A stretch of 63,494 nucleotides of DNA, counting the filler, from Octopus bimaculoides (Eukaryota): NCBI RefSeq assembly GCF_001194135.2. It is 6 parts of 6 records of this genome, joined end to end, with 100 filler letters (N's around TTAATTAATTAA, not from the genome) between each part and the next. Parts side by side here need not be neighbours in the genome. Positions count along the whole stretch, not along the records: positions 8,025 to 30,062 come from NC_068984.1; 5 more parts are not named here. The stretch is one strand, 5' to 3'. Under the pieces are notes generated by a model. That model ran no database searches, was not told the DNA's origin, and saw only the letters and a program-made list of their open reading frames with translations. The translations under genes and the position numbers were made by a program. This document shows positions 12,132 to 25,857 of the stretch, in pieces; positions within the stretch are counted from its first letter, which is position 1; every line of letters begins with the position of its first letter.

Positions 12132-12448
12132 ATTATCGACTGCACATATTCACTGTATGCACTTTGCTTGTTAGCTGTGTTAGCGCGGTGTGGACGACTT
12201 CCTCAAAGCAGTGGGTGTTAAAACACCCGAAAGTCATAGACAGGGGAAACAATTCGCCCCAATCCCATTATGGGGTGATGGTTATCGATATTTCACCACT
12301 TTTGTGGCTTATAAACATCACGTACCCGAATTTAACCAGGAACGAACTAAATCGCCAGTCTATGACTATACAAAAATAGCGGAAAAACCATTTGCTGCGT
12401 ACCGGCAAACAAGCAAAACATATACATTGAATATGTGCGGTCGATAAT
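12132..12448. mobile_element. MITE-like element with 44-bp terminal inverted repeats
   Basis: 12132-12175 vs reverse complement of 12405-12448 match at 37/44 positions (ATTATCGAC(T/C)GCACATATTCA...TTTGCTTGTT). Confidence 0.7.
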
Positions 12449-13799
12449 GTTTTACAAAACTAGCGCTGCCTCTAATTTATAATTGAATTTCATCATAGTC
12501 GTGGCATACCAGTAAATGGATTTTACACTATTTGTATATAGTCATAGACTGGCGGTTAACTTTGCTTTTCATCCTTCCGGGATTAGTAAAATTAAGTATT
12601 AGTCTGGAAATGTGTTAGATATAATCGGTTAATCCCTTTCCAGCCAAATTTTAGGCCTTGTACCTATGAAAACTTTGGTGCAATAATAAAACGATAGCGC
12701 CAGACTGAATGTCTTGCGGAACTTTACGTTTTGAGTTCAAATAACTTTGCTTTCATCCTTCCCAGTCATCGAATGCTTGTGTCAGTTTAATCTCCAAACT
12801 TTATGGTCTTGAGTCAGTATTGATTTCTGACACTGGCCCGAGGCCACTCAGTTTGGGGGGGTAAGGATATAGTCAAGGAAATCAATCCTAGTGTTTAAAT
12901 GGTACTTAACTTTATTGGCTCTTGAAGGAGGAAAAGAAAATTTGACCAGGGTGAGATTTAAAGGCAGAACGTAAAAGATAACTGAATGTCACATTATATT
13001 TTGTCTGACGCTTTTACAATTCTGTCAATACACTCTTCTTACAGTAAAGGTACAACCTCGGACTGAATACCTTACAGCGTTTGATTGTGCTTATCTACAT
13101 CGTGAGTTCAGTTCTCACCAATGTCAACTGCCGTTAACTGATTTCTAACTTAATTTGACGGTAATGAAGAAAAGAAAGGAAAACAGCTTCTTTATCTGTT
13201 ATCTTTGCTCGATTTAATACATACTCTACCCTACGGTCTTTAGAAAAAGGAAGGTACGGTGGGTAATGTGATTTTAGACTATCTGGAAAAAAGATTGAAG
13301 GGTCTCAAATGAAATATCTTTAATAAAATGTCTGCTCAGTCAGACCTGACCTGGAGCTAAACAACACAAAGTTCATACAAGTAAATATAAACACGTATGT
13401 TTGTGTGACCATACATCATAAAGTCATCTTTGTAGTGAAATACAGCAAAAATATCAATTTATATACACACAGTGCCATTATTGAACCGAAATATATGACG
13501 TTGTTATTGTTTTTAATCAGGTCAACTACAACCAAAGGCATTCCAATCTTGACTTTTTTGTGCTTCTGGTGGGTAATTAGGACTACATTATCTCATGTGA
13601 TAATCCTATTTTTAAGACAATAAGTTAAGATTTTGCGAGAATTCTACTTGTTATTTCTCCCAGTCCAAGTGACCACATAGGAGGTTTGCTGGTTTCATAG
13701 ACATGAAGTAATACAAGAGGGTTTACTTTTGTGAGTGTTTCTTATACACTTAATCGAAAATATCTGCAGTCAAAACCGTTTCAAGACGTTTGTTGATTG

Positions 13800-15095
13800 A
13801 ATGTGTGGTTTGGAATAGTATCAACTGTTTGATCAGAAATTAAAGACAAGATGCAGATCTGATAAAGAGGTCTGGTTTGAATTTAAAGGTGAAGCGGAGA
13901 AGAAAAACTCACTAAAAAGAAACAGTGATACCATACAAAATTGTCGGAGAAGCGGTCAGGACAAGAGACTCACTAGATGAGCCAGTAAACGCCAATAATG
14001 TGAAGTAGCCTTGACAGCTGAAGAACTGAATACCTGTTAAGTGGAACACCTCCGAGAAATAGAAAAAACAATTTTATCCAATTGCAGTGTTCAACTTCGC
14101 TAATGAGCAACATCAACAACAATCGGTTATAGAAATGAGAAACGTTAGAAAGGAGCGACGAAAACTGGAAGACAACAGAGACTCTACTCTAGATCAGATA
14201 CCAGATGAGGTGCTGTAATACGAAAGTGAAAGTATTAAAATACCATAGACCAAACTGATGAACAGCAACCATTAATTACAGCATGTCCCAGAAGAGTAGA
14301 GGTAAGGTGTGAAAGTAAGACTACCAAAGAAAGGAAATACAAACGATTATGAGAACTGTTGCAGAATTACATCGTTTTCAGTCTCGGATGAGGTCTTTTT
14401 CATTTCACAGCAAATTCATGATGTTGTTGATACACCACTACGAGAAGAATTAGGCAAGTTCCGACAACTGTGTCATGTTTAGAACAGCTCTTCGCAATGT
14501 GGGATATCGTGGAACAGTGTCCGGGGTTCCAATGATCATTGTCAATAAATGTTATCGACTTCAAAAAGCATTCGATGGCATTTATAGAGAGTTTCTACGG
14601 AGCATCGCATCAATCTAATAGATCCTGGATACTACATCGAAATCTTTGGAAACATTCATCTTAAAATTAATTGCTGCATGAAGTCAAAAAATGAAAATAC
14701 TTCATACTTTGATTTCATCACTAGAATTTCACTTGGATTGCATCCCGTCACCATTTCCTTTTAAATTTACAGTGAATTTAATTTTGAAGAATATTGACAA
14801 ACAGCAGGGACTACTGCTTCCAATTGAATGATCAGAAATAGTTAACTAATCTAGACTTTACAAATGATATTGTATTGTTGGTTGAATCTGGAGACAGTCT
14901 ACAAGAGCGTACTCAAAATCTTGGAGAAGCAGTGAAGAAAGTCAAAATAAAAATCCATTCAGAGAAGGCAAACTCTATGAAGAACTCCAAAAGATCGGGG
15001 AATATTACTTTGAAGGTAGAACAAGCTCTTGGAAACGTCAACTGATTCGTGTATATTGGCAGTATTTCAGCGAGTAATGGCACAATACTTGCATA
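13800..15095 (+). mobile_element. Old RTE-type LINE reverse transcriptase relic (3' part probably resumes at ~16110-16470)
   Basis: Degenerate RT motifs RLPKKGNTNDYENC, VIDFKKAFD, LTNLDFTNDIVLL, KIKIHSEK; many stops and frameshifts. Confidence 0.7.
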
Positions 15096-15414
15096 TAGTG
15101 CCATATAGGTACAAACTCACAGCGTCTTCATCCAAATGGTGTTGTTCTTCCACGAATGGAGAAGTCTTTCGATAGTCGTAGATTTTACTTCGAACAACCA
15201 GACTTCGGAATTCTCTTCCATTTCGTTTTCCTTCTCCTTATGACATGAATTCTTTCAAGTCTAAAGTAAATTCATTTTCTTTTCGTATTAATGTCTCCTT
15301 CTTCATAGTCCCTTACACTAAGTGCCTTCTTGCATTGGTCGGCCCGAAGTAATAGTAAAAGACATTTGCGCAAGGTGTCGCACCGTTGGAATGAACCCGA
15401 ATAATAAACGCGAA

Positions 15415-15600
15415 ATTCTGTCTATCCGTCCGTCCGGGACCCCTGTATCTCAGTCTACATTATTCGCTCTACATAGACATGATATACCTTTTTGGAATTA
15501 GAATGATCTCGGGATTGAAAATCTGTTCTTTATTTGGTTCTTGAACATCCAGCATTGGGAGCAGGTCTGGATGGGAATTTGTTATTTACTATTAGTTGAA
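15415..15600 (+). mobile_element. Possible Helitron/Helentron-derived fragment
   Basis: CTGTCTATCCGTCCGTCCGGGACCCCTGTATCTCAG resembles the (GTCC)n-start of HINE/DINE-like elements; recalled resemblance only. Confidence 0.25.
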
Positions 15601-16619
15601 AATTTAAATTTTAAAAGAACTCCAAAAATTTGTGAACTTACAAATTTTTCATTTAAACTGAATTTAAAGTAATACCTTATTGGCAGGTGTTATGACGTGC
15701 GTGTACACGTCGGGTGTAAAATAGTATTACCCAAATAAATATTTGGGTGTGGTTATCTAAAATAGCCTATTGCAGAATTATCATGTTCACACAGAACACA
15801 CTCTGTACTACTCGAACGTAGGTACGATATTAAACCAATACAAGTCACACTAACATAGTAACAAATATGGTCGACCAATATTGTCAACGGGCTTGACAGT
15901 CCACACAGTTGAAATCCGTTAATCCACTTTCCGTTAATCACTTGGGGTGTTCAAGATCCTGCGTACCAATAAATGCTTTAGTATTATTTCTCCCTCTAGT
16001 TTTAGGCACAATTAGCCCTCCGCAGCAGCTAGCATAAAAGTCAGCATGGAGTGCAGCCTTTAAGAGAGTTCTTATATGAAAAAAAAAAAAAAAGGAAACT
16101 GCGAAACCGCCAAAACTTTAGACGCCTCTCTCCAGATGTACTTTAGGGAAATCTTGAGAATGTTGTACTATGATTATATAAGAAAGGAAAAGTCTGAATA
16201 AGTGTATCATTGTAAATAGTCCAAGATTTAGTAATGAAAGAAAACATGCGATTAGCAAGACATTTACTACGGCAGCCAGATAATTGATATGCAAAACAGA
16301 TTTCGAATGGACACTAACAGAAGGAAAAAGAGAGAAAAACTCATGAGTTACACGGTGTCGAGCTTTTCGGTAGGACTTGAAGGCTGTTAACAGACACGGG
16401 AAGAAAATTGACAAACACGTAACTGATTGAGAATACTGGATGGAAAACGACTGCCTCATGCACAAACATGCGGGAGATTGTTTGTCTTATTGACTGATTA
16501 AAATCTCAGAATTGGGTTCAAAACCCATCATCATCTCGCGAAGCATCTTTAAACAACTGAGATTTGATTATTTATATTCTGAATAGAAGTATTGTAAACC
16601 AACTTTGACAAACACATAG

Positions 16620-16801
16620 ATGTAGGCATGTAATATAGCCGCAAACACAGTTGTGTGATTGAGAAGCTCGTTTTGTAACAACGTAGTTTCGGGTTCATTC
16701 CCACGGTGCGACACCTTGCGCAAATGTCTTTTACTATTGCTTCGGGCCGACCAATGATTTGGAATTGGATTTGGTTGTTAAAAGCTGTGTGAAAAACCTT
16801 G

Positions 16802-16859
<58 letters not shown>

Positions 16860-17070
16860 CCGTGTGATTGTCTCACTCCCACCGCTTGATAGCTTGTGTT
16901 GGTTAGATTACGTCCATGTAACATAGCGGTTCGCCAAAAATGAGACAGACAGAATAAGTACCATACTTTAAAATAAGTACCGGGATCGATTTGTCTCTAC
17001 TAAACATCTCAAAGCGGTTCCCCAGCATGGCTGCAACCCAATGGATGAAACAAATCAAATATAGAAGATT
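16620..17070 (+). mobile_element. tRNA-derived CORE-type SINE with internal (GT)n
   Basis: B-box GGGTTCATTCC, core CACCTTGCGCAAATGTCTT...CGGGCCGACCAA, internal (GT)n, 3' part TAGCGGTTCGCCAAAA...CCCAGCATGGCTGCA. Confidence 0.8.
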
Positions 17071-17527
17071 AAAGATAAAGGACTCTCAAGTTATCAAGTA
17101 CCATATATCACTGTATGGAACAGTAGTATTCTCTCTCGTGTTTTATTCCTGATATTCTGGTGGTAATAGTGGTGGGGGTGATTGGTGGGTAGCTTTGTGC
17201 ATTACCAGATCGTATGATATATGTTGAAGATTCGTGTTATTTGTAATTGCAAATATTCATCTTTGTCTTTGCTCGTTTTCATATATGTGTTTGTGTGTGT
17301 GTGTAGGTGGGTGTATGCTCTCTCATATATGTGTATGCCTACGGAAGTGTATGTTTGTGTGTCTGTGCTTCTGTATGTGTGTGTATGTGTGTGTGCGTGT
17401 GTTTGTAACTCACTCATGGCTCGGTAATAACCACCTTTTGGGTTTTACTTCATCGATCTTTTTACCTAATGTAAAATGTGTGGTCTTCTCTCACAAATTG
17501 CGATATTCTTGATAGTAGTGTACGAGA

Positions 17528-17563
<36 letters not shown>

Positions 17564-17675
17564 GTAAGTACATACTTATACACATATATAATTATATATA
17601 TGTATATATGTACATATATATACACATACACACATATATATCTATGAATACATTGTTATGAATGTGAATACACGT

Positions 17676-17724
<49 letters not shown>

Positions 17725-17939
17725 NNNNNNNNNNNNNNNNNNNNNNNNNNNNNNNNNNNNNNNNNNNNNNNNNNNNNNNNNNNNNNNNNNNNNNNNNNNN
17801 NNNNNNNNNNNNNNNNNNNNNNNNNNNNNNNNNNNNNNNNNNNNNNNNNNNNNNNNNNNNNNNNNNNNNNNNNNNNNNNNNNNNNNNNNNNNNNNNNNNN
17901 NNNNNNNNNNNNNNNNNNNNNNNNNNNNNNNNNNNNNNN

Positions 17940-17973
<34 letters not shown>

Positions 17974-18240
17974 TCACGTTCATAACATAATAGACACACG
18001 CTCACACACACACATACACACAGTGCATTATCTAATGTATGTATCTCGCTATAAAACCCACAGAACGAACTGCGATAAGTCTTTCTCTACAAATCACCAA
18101 CAAATAATTCGATAAATTTGTTTTGTGTAAACACCGCCCTCCCCTCACCTCTTCACTTTTTTTTTTTTACTTAACATCTTGGCGAGTTCATGTATTACAT
18201 TTTATTGTTAGTATGTTTTTATTAGTAGCTATGTTCGCGC

Positions 18241-18286
<46 letters not shown>

Positions 18287-18437
18287 ACGGCTAGAATCTT
18301 ACTCCGAAGTTATTACGAAATGAATTTTATCGCGATAGAAACGAATCGGTTAGATGTTTTTATCTAAAATACAAATATATTATCTTTTTCCTTTAAAAGA
18401 AAAATGCGTTAGTAATAGCATTACTAATAATAATAAC

Positions 18438-18486
<49 letters not shown>

Positions 18487-18529
18487 GTGGTGGTGATGAT
18501 GATGATAATGATGATGATGATGATGATTT

Positions 18530-19356
18530 CATTTATTTGCCACAAGGGTGAAAGATGAGGGGGACAATACAGAGACAGACATAAAGCGTGGGGGGTTTAC
18601 ATATAATGAAATGGAAAAAAAAGTAACTATTCACGGTACACACTGAAAAAGGAGAGACATATGCATAGTATACAAAGATTTAAAAAATGGTGGGAGGATG
18701 ATAGAGATGTGGCTTTCCTGATACAGGAAGGCGCCTAGGGATAATCGAGGAACCCCACTGTTCGAGATTTCCCTGAAACCCAAGGAGCAAGTGCCCTCTC
18801 CAAATCATTCTCTCCGACTCACAGATTTACACTTAGAGAGTTACCGTCCACTTTTGTCATTTTCGCAACTTTCACCCACCTTTCCGTAAACTCACTCGAG
18901 GACAGCACTTCCCTCTCCACTCCCGATTTCCTTTTTAAGTGAAACTTGAAGTCAATGAGAACCCTACCAAAGAGGAATGTATCTGTCCTCATGCCTTTTA
19001 GCCGTGTCCACCAAACAACCTCTTTCGCCACAGCCACCAAGTATAGGAAAACCGCCTTGCCTGCCCGATTGCAGGAAGATGGCGTTGCGGTCATCACAGA
19101 CTCGGCCGACAGACGGATCCGTCCCAAACTTGACAGCAGCTGTTCAACGTAACCCCACAAGTCAGCAATACTCGGACACTGAACGAGGGCGTCCAGAAGG
19201 GTTTCGTCACTCTGCATGCACCTCGGACAAGTCCGTCTGACAGCACATCCGTGCCTGTAGAGTTTATCTCGAACCGGTAGCGCCCCCCTCCCCGGTAGCA
19301 CTGCCAGGCTAAGGACATCTGGAAATTATCCATGACAGTTCCTAACCGAAAAGTCC
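18530..19356 (-). mobile_element. Tx1/L1-type LINE 3' end (ORF2 C-terminal zinc knuckle); 5' side runs into a gap
   Basis: SLAWQCYRG/GALPVRDKLYRHG...TCPRCMQSDETLLDALVQCPSIADLW...VAKEVVWWTR; ends in an (ATC)n/(ATT)n tail at ~18423-18530. Confidence 0.8.
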
Positions 19357-20030
19357 NNNNNNNNNNNNNNNNNNNNNNNNNNNNNNNNNNNNNNNNNNNN
19401 NNNNNNNNNNNNNNNNNNNNNNNNNNNNNNNNNNNNNNNNNNNNNNNNNNNNNNNNNNNNNNNNNNNNNNNNNNNNNNNNNNNNNNNNNNNNNNNNNNNN
19501 NNNNNNNNNNNNNNNNNNNNNNNNNNNNNNNNNNNNNNNNNNNNNNNNNNNNNNNNNNNNNNNNNNNNNNNNNNNNNNNNNNNNNNNNNNNNNNNNNNNN
19601 NNNNNNNNNNNNNNNNNNNNNNNNNNNNNNNNNNNNNNNNNNNNNNNNNNNNNNNNNNNNNNNNNNNNNNNNNNNNNNNNNNNNNNNNNNNNNNNNNNNN
19701 NNNNNNNNNNNNNNNNNNNNNNNNNNNNNNNNNNNNNNNNNNNNNNNNNNNNNNNNNNNNNNNNNNNNNNNNNNNNNNNNNNNNNNNNNNNNNNNNNNNN
19801 NNNNNNNNNNNNNNNNNNNNNNNNNNNNNNNNNNNNNNNNNNNNNNNNNNNNNNNNNNNNNNNNNNNNNNNNNNNNNNNNNNNNNNNNNNNNNNNNNNNN
19901 NNNNNNNNNNNNNNNNNNNNNNNNNNNNNNNNNNNNNNNNNNNNNNNNNNNNNNNNNNNNNNNNNNNNNNNNNNNNNNNNNNNNNNNNNNNNNNNNNNNN
20001 NNNNNNNNNNNNNNNNNNNNNNNTATATAA

Positions 20031-20415
20031 GCAGGTATGGCTGTGTGGTAAGAAGCTTGCTTCCCAACCACGCGGTTCGGGGTTCAATCCTGCTGCGTAG
20101 CACCTTGGACAAGTGTCTTCTACTCTAGCCTCGGACCACCAAAGCCTTATGGGAGGATTTGGTAGACGGAAACTAAAACAAGCCCGTCGCGCGCGCGCGT
20201 GTGAGTTTGTCCCTCCACATAAGTGAGTAGTTTGTCCCCCCACGTAAACCAGTGCTGGTGTGTTTACGTGCCCGTAACCTAGCGGTTCGGCAAATGAGAC
20301 CAATAGAATACGTAAGAAGCTTTTAAAATGTACGTACTGGAGTCGATATATTCGACTAAAAATTCTTCAAGGCGGTGCCCCAGCATGGCCACAATTAATG
20401 ACTTGGTAAAAGATG
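20031..20415 (+). mobile_element. tRNA-derived CORE-type SINE
   Basis: GGCTGTGTGGTAAGAAGCTTGCTTCCCAACCAC head, CACCTTGGACAAGTGTCTTCTAC core, GGCGGTGCCCCAGCATGGCC tail; same family as 35505-36086. Confidence 0.85.
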
Positions 20416-21197
20416 AAACAAATATATTTACAATCACTTAAATACTGTAAAGTAAATATGAATATATGGTAAAGTTGCGTTAAATTAAATATATGGTACA
20501 GATATGGTACAGAAATACATAGTACTTTTTATCCGTTTTTAATCTCGTAATTGTCGCAGTTATTTGACTGCGGTGAGATATACTAAAACCAGAAATTGTG
20601 ATATATCATAATAAGCCATTATAGTCATCGAAGCGGAGCTATTAAAATGAAGAATTTGCTGGAATACGATGAGCAAACTAACAATCAACAAAATAAAATT
20701 TTCGTTAAAGGTCCTGTAATGTTCATTGTATAGCTTTGTCTCTACTTGTTCTGGAATGGTAGGACTTTACTACTAACTTGTGTGGTACTTGATCCATGTA
20801 AGAGCAATGACAAACGAACAGAGCGTAATGCTTAGGGTAACTTATTAACGGAGTGACAAGAAGAATATGATCAGAATTTTGAAGATTTACTCATACGTGT
20901 CTATCAATCGCCAAAAACTTTAAGAAACTTGGATGAGCGATAAACGAAGCATCAATGACAGACAGATGGCGCTATAGTGTATTCGTTTTATTGATTATTT
21001 CAATTTAACGTGGTTTTGCAAAACTTTTCAAAGCTTTTATCTCAACACACATAAAACTGCCTGAAGAAACGTGCATTATATGAAAATCCAAGTAGTTACA
21101 CACGAAGTACAAGCTTCGTACAATATATATACTCAGAATTATGTATTAATACATATTGATTACTTTTCGTTTTGCTGCTTGTGATATGTGTGTGTGC

Positions 21198-21271
<74 letters not shown>

Positions 21272-22199
21272 CACACACACAATTCAATTCAGAAGACAAA
21301 AAGAGATTTTAACATCTTTAACAATCAGATACAATTCTTTCTGTACCAACTCTAGCACAATCTATTTTCATTTTCATATTTATTTACTTTTTCTTTCCCC
21401 TTGATATATGCAAAAAAAAAAAGTCTGCCACACGCGCGATGTGAGANNNNNNNNNNNNNNNNNNNNNNNNNNNNNNNNNNNNNNNNNNNNNNNNNNNNNN
21501 NNNNNNNNNNNNNNNNNNNNNNNNNNNNNNNNNNNNNNNNNNNNNNNNNNNNNNNNNNNNNNNNNNNNNNNNNNNNNNNNNNNNNNNNNNNNNNNNNNNN
21601 NNNNNNNNNNNNNNNNNNNNNNNNNNNNNNNNNNNNNNNNNNNNNNNNNNNNNNNNNNNNNNNNNNNNNNNNNNNNNNNNNNNNNNNNNNNNNNNNNNNN
21701 NNNNNNNNNNNNNNNNNNNNNNNNNNNNNNNNNNNNNNNNNNNNNNNNNNNNNNNNNNNNNNNNNNNNNNNNNNNNNNNNNNNNNNNNNNNNNNNNNNNN
21801 NNNNNNNNNNNNNNNNNNNNNNNNNNNNNNNNNNNNNNNNNNNNNNNNNNNNNNNNNNNNNNNNNNNNNNNNNNNNNNNNNNNNNNNNNNNNNNNNNNNN
21901 NNNNNNNNNNNNNNNNNNNNNNNNNNNNNNNNNNNNNNNNNNNNNNNNNNNNNNNNNNNNNNNNNNNNNNNNNNNNNNNNNNNNNNNNNNNNNNNNNNNN
22001 NNNNNNNNNNNNNNNNNNNNNNNNNNNNNNNNNNNNNNNNNNNNNNNNNNNNNNNNNNNNNNNNNNNNNNNNNNNNNNNNNNNNNNNNNNNNNNNNNNTA
22101 TATATATATATATTATAAATCTTGTACTTAGGAGGGAGCCGATTTCCAACAAAGATACAAGGCTTCATCTTTGGGATGCAGTTAACATAGACAAATTCA

Positions 22200-23095
22200 C
22201 ATTTGGAACTTGAGAAAATACTTACATATTTTTACTCTTCCACTTACAGATTGCACTTGTAATGCATGAATTAGCCGGTCGATTTCGAAAATCTCAATTT
22301 ATCCAGATTCTCCTTTAAGCATTTACTAACAAAACCTAGTGCTCCAATTATTATTGGTATGAATATGAATTCATAGTCTGGATATAGAAACTGGAGGTTC
22401 TATATCTTTGATTTTCAAAGAGATATTTATATCTGCAGGGCAGCTGACCTCTATGATGGTACATACCTTTGCTCTTCTATCCCAAACAACAATATCTGGC
22501 CTGTTATGTTTACATTTGACAGATGTTTTGATGGGAATATTCCACCAGTATTCCTTGAGTTCGTGTTTATGAATGTATTCCACAGCAGAGGGATTTTCTA
22601 AGTTTATTTCAGGAGAGTCTTTTTTTTTTGCGGATGGCATTGTAAATTGTCTTAGCAACAACATCATGATGCATAGGGAGGTAGTACTGTGAAATCTTAG
22701 GACAGCTGCTAATCACATGCTAGATGTCTTCCACAGAAACATGACATAGCCTACGCATGCGTTTGCACTTTGGGATTATAATAGCGTCACTGTCTCTCTT
22801 GTTCACCAGGTACTTTGTGGGAATCGCCTGTTCCTGGATAGCCCTCAAAGTGTGATGTGATGTAGTGGTCTTGTGTCCAAGAGAGTCTGCGTTTCGTGCC
22901 AATTCTACTGTTTTCTTCAAGTTTCCGGGCAACATGCACGTGCATATTTTTTTTTTACGTACGCTGACTGCTTTCTATCCAGGTCTTCTCAGAGAGCCCG
23001 GCTGTTTAGGGGCTGTATAATAGATCATCAGGAAGAGAATGATTCTTGAGGAGCTCACTGTTAACTCATACAATGTTGCTTACTCTGCGTTAATA
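22200..23095 (-). mobile_element. R4/Dong-like non-LTR element 3' end (restriction-like endonuclease)
   Basis: RRLCHVSVEDIxHVISSCPK zinc knuckle, HDVVAKTIYNAI, and KHNRPDIVVWDRRAKVCTIIEVSCPAD (PD..D/E RLE motif). Confidence 0.8.
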
Positions 23096-24713
23096 TATTT
23101 ATTTTTTGCTGCTGTTGTTTAGCAGGCACTGCCTATATGCATGTATGTGTACGCATATGTTTGTATATGTATATATATCTATACCTATATATATATATAC
23201 ATATATATATACATATATACGTTTGTATATATGCAAGCACATATTGTACATGTATATATGTATACACGCACACTCACACATATGCGTGTGTATGCGCGCG
23301 CGTGCTTGTATTTGTCATGAATAATGTGAAACTCGAATATGCTTGGATGGGAGGCCGATGTTGCCAATTACATTAGTCGTTTACATCTAAATACACATTT
23401 AGGCTTAAGAAAATTAACAGAAACTATTAAACTGTGAGGTGAGATCATCTGATGTATTGTATAGTAAATGTACTTCATTTCTTCTATATTCCTCTCGCTT
23501 GTATTTTCCATTACAATCAAATTTAGAATTACATGCTTCCTTTCTATATATTTTTGTATAATAATGAAGTTAATAACAACAAAATTTTAAAATATTAGTT
23601 ATAAATCCACTAACGTAACATTCTGTTAGATGAGTTTAATTGCATTATAGTCCGTTTTTTGTTATATTCATGCTGTCTGTTTTACCGAAATAATACGTGT
23701 GTGTGTTTCAGAGTATATGAATAAGAATATATTTATATTTATGTANNNNNNNNNNNNNNNNNNNNNNNNNNNNNNNNNNNNNNNNNNNNNNNNNNNNNNN
23801 NNNNNNNNNNNNNNNNNNNNNNNNNNNNNNNNNNNNNNNNNNNNNNNNNNNNNNNNNNNNNNNNNNNNNNNNNNNNNNNNNNNNNNNNNNNNNNNNNNNN
23901 NNNNNNNNNNNNNNNNNNNNNNNNNNNNNNNNNNNNNNNNNNNNNNNNNNNNNNNNNNNNNNNNNNNNNNNNNNNNNNNNNNNNNNNNNNNNNNNNNNNN
24001 NNNNNNNNNNNNNNNNNNNNNNNNNNNNNNNNNNNNNNNNNNNNNNNNNNNNNNNNNNNNNNNNNNNNNNNNNNNNNNNNNNNNNNNNNNNNNNNNNNNN
24101 NNNNNNNNNNNNNNNNNNNNNNNNNNNNNNNNNNNNNNNNNNNNNNNNNNNNNNNNNNNNNNNNNNNNNNNNNNNNNNNNNNNNNNNNNNNNNNNNNNNN
24201 NNNNNNNNNNNNNNNNNNNNNNNNNNNNNNNNNNNNNNNNNNNNNNNNNNNNNNNNNNNNNNNNNNNNNNNNNNNNNNNNNNNNNNNNNNNNNNNNNNNN
24301 NNNNNNNNNNNNNNNNNNNNNNNNNNNNNNNNNNNNNNNNNNNNNNNNNNNNNNNNNNNNNNNNNNNNNNNNNNNNNNNNNNNNNNNNNNNNNNNNNNNN
24401 NNNNNNNNNNNNNNNNNNNNNNNNNNNNNNNNNNNNNNNNNNNNNNNNNNNNNNNNNNNNNNNNNNNNNNNNNNNNNNNNNNNNNNNNNNNNNNNNNNNN
24501 NNNNNNNNNNNNNNNNNNNNNNNNNNNNNNNNNNNNNNNNNNNNNNNNNNNNNNNNNNNNNNNNNNNNNNNNNNNNNNNNNNNNNNNNNNNNNNNNNNNN
24601 NNNNNNNNNNNNNNNNNNNNNNNNNNNNNNNNNNNNNNNNNNNNNNNNNNNNNNNNNNNNNNNNNNNNNNNNNNNNNNNNNNNNNNNNNNNNNNNNNNNN
24701 NNNNNNNNNNNNN

Positions 24714-24751
<38 letters not shown>

Positions 24752-24918
24752 GTATATATGTATGTATATACTGTATGTTCATTATAATGTTGTTGACGAT
24801 TCACTTTCGACATTGTCATCATTATCACAAGAATCATCATCTGCTTGGTCATTGCAATCACCCTCCTAATGAAATCATTCTCATACAAAAATATTTCTGG
24901 TCTGGTACCAATATAAGA

Positions 24919-24933
24919 AATTATTATTATTAC

Positions 24934-25008
<75 letters not shown>
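24919..25008. repeat. (TTA)n microsatellite
   Basis: Direct inspection. Confidence 0.95.
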
Positions 25009-25822
25009 CATTATACTTTATTGTTATTGTTTTTATCATCATTATCATCGTCGTCGTCATCGTCTTCACTGTCGTCGTTATTATTATCATTATTATTATC
25101 GACGTGGTCGTTATTGAACTGGCATCTCTAAGGATTGTATTCACTTTTAGAACAATAAGTTTAATAGCTTCAAATCTCCAGAGCTGCTTCGAGACTGGTT
25201 AGATTTTGTAAATTCTCGTTTGCATTCTAAATTTGGAAGTTCTTTACTTGATTATTAAACTTGTGTGTGTGTGTATGTATGTATTTGTGTAGGAAAATGT
25301 ACGTCTGTATGTGTGTGTATGCTTTGTTGGTAAACATACCTTTGTCTGTTCTCCTGGTTATATTTTTTTAAAGTTTCTTAACAGTCGAGAAAGAGGCGGT
25401 TTCCAATCCAGAAAGATTCTTTCATATAAATTTTAGATAGCATGAAGTTAGTGGCCATACATCTATGCATCTGCACACGTATATACATGTGCATGCATGA
25501 ATCTATTTATGTATGTGTACATGCTTATCATTGCATGCTTTTCTGTATATTTTGACATTGTTTTGTTGAAATATTCGTAGGTTTGTATGAGTACACGTCT
25601 GTATATGTACCTACGATAGGTTAAACTTGATTGTATTACGTATTCATTATAGGTTAATTATTGGTTTATAATTATAATTTCTTAATTACCCGTGTTCTTT
25701 CTGATATTGTGAAGCCCAGCTTCTAAGACTGGTGCGGAGGTATTTAATTATATAAACACGTACACCAATAATCATAGATTTCTCATTAGTTCGGAATAGG
25801 GGTTTTCATTTCCTTTTATCCT

Positions 25823-25857
<35 letters not shown>

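Noticed and set aside
12190-12447. FABP-like gene (DDFLKAVGV resembles the FABP N-terminus)
   Set aside because: The similarity stops after 9 residues and the ORF lies inside a TIR-bounded element.
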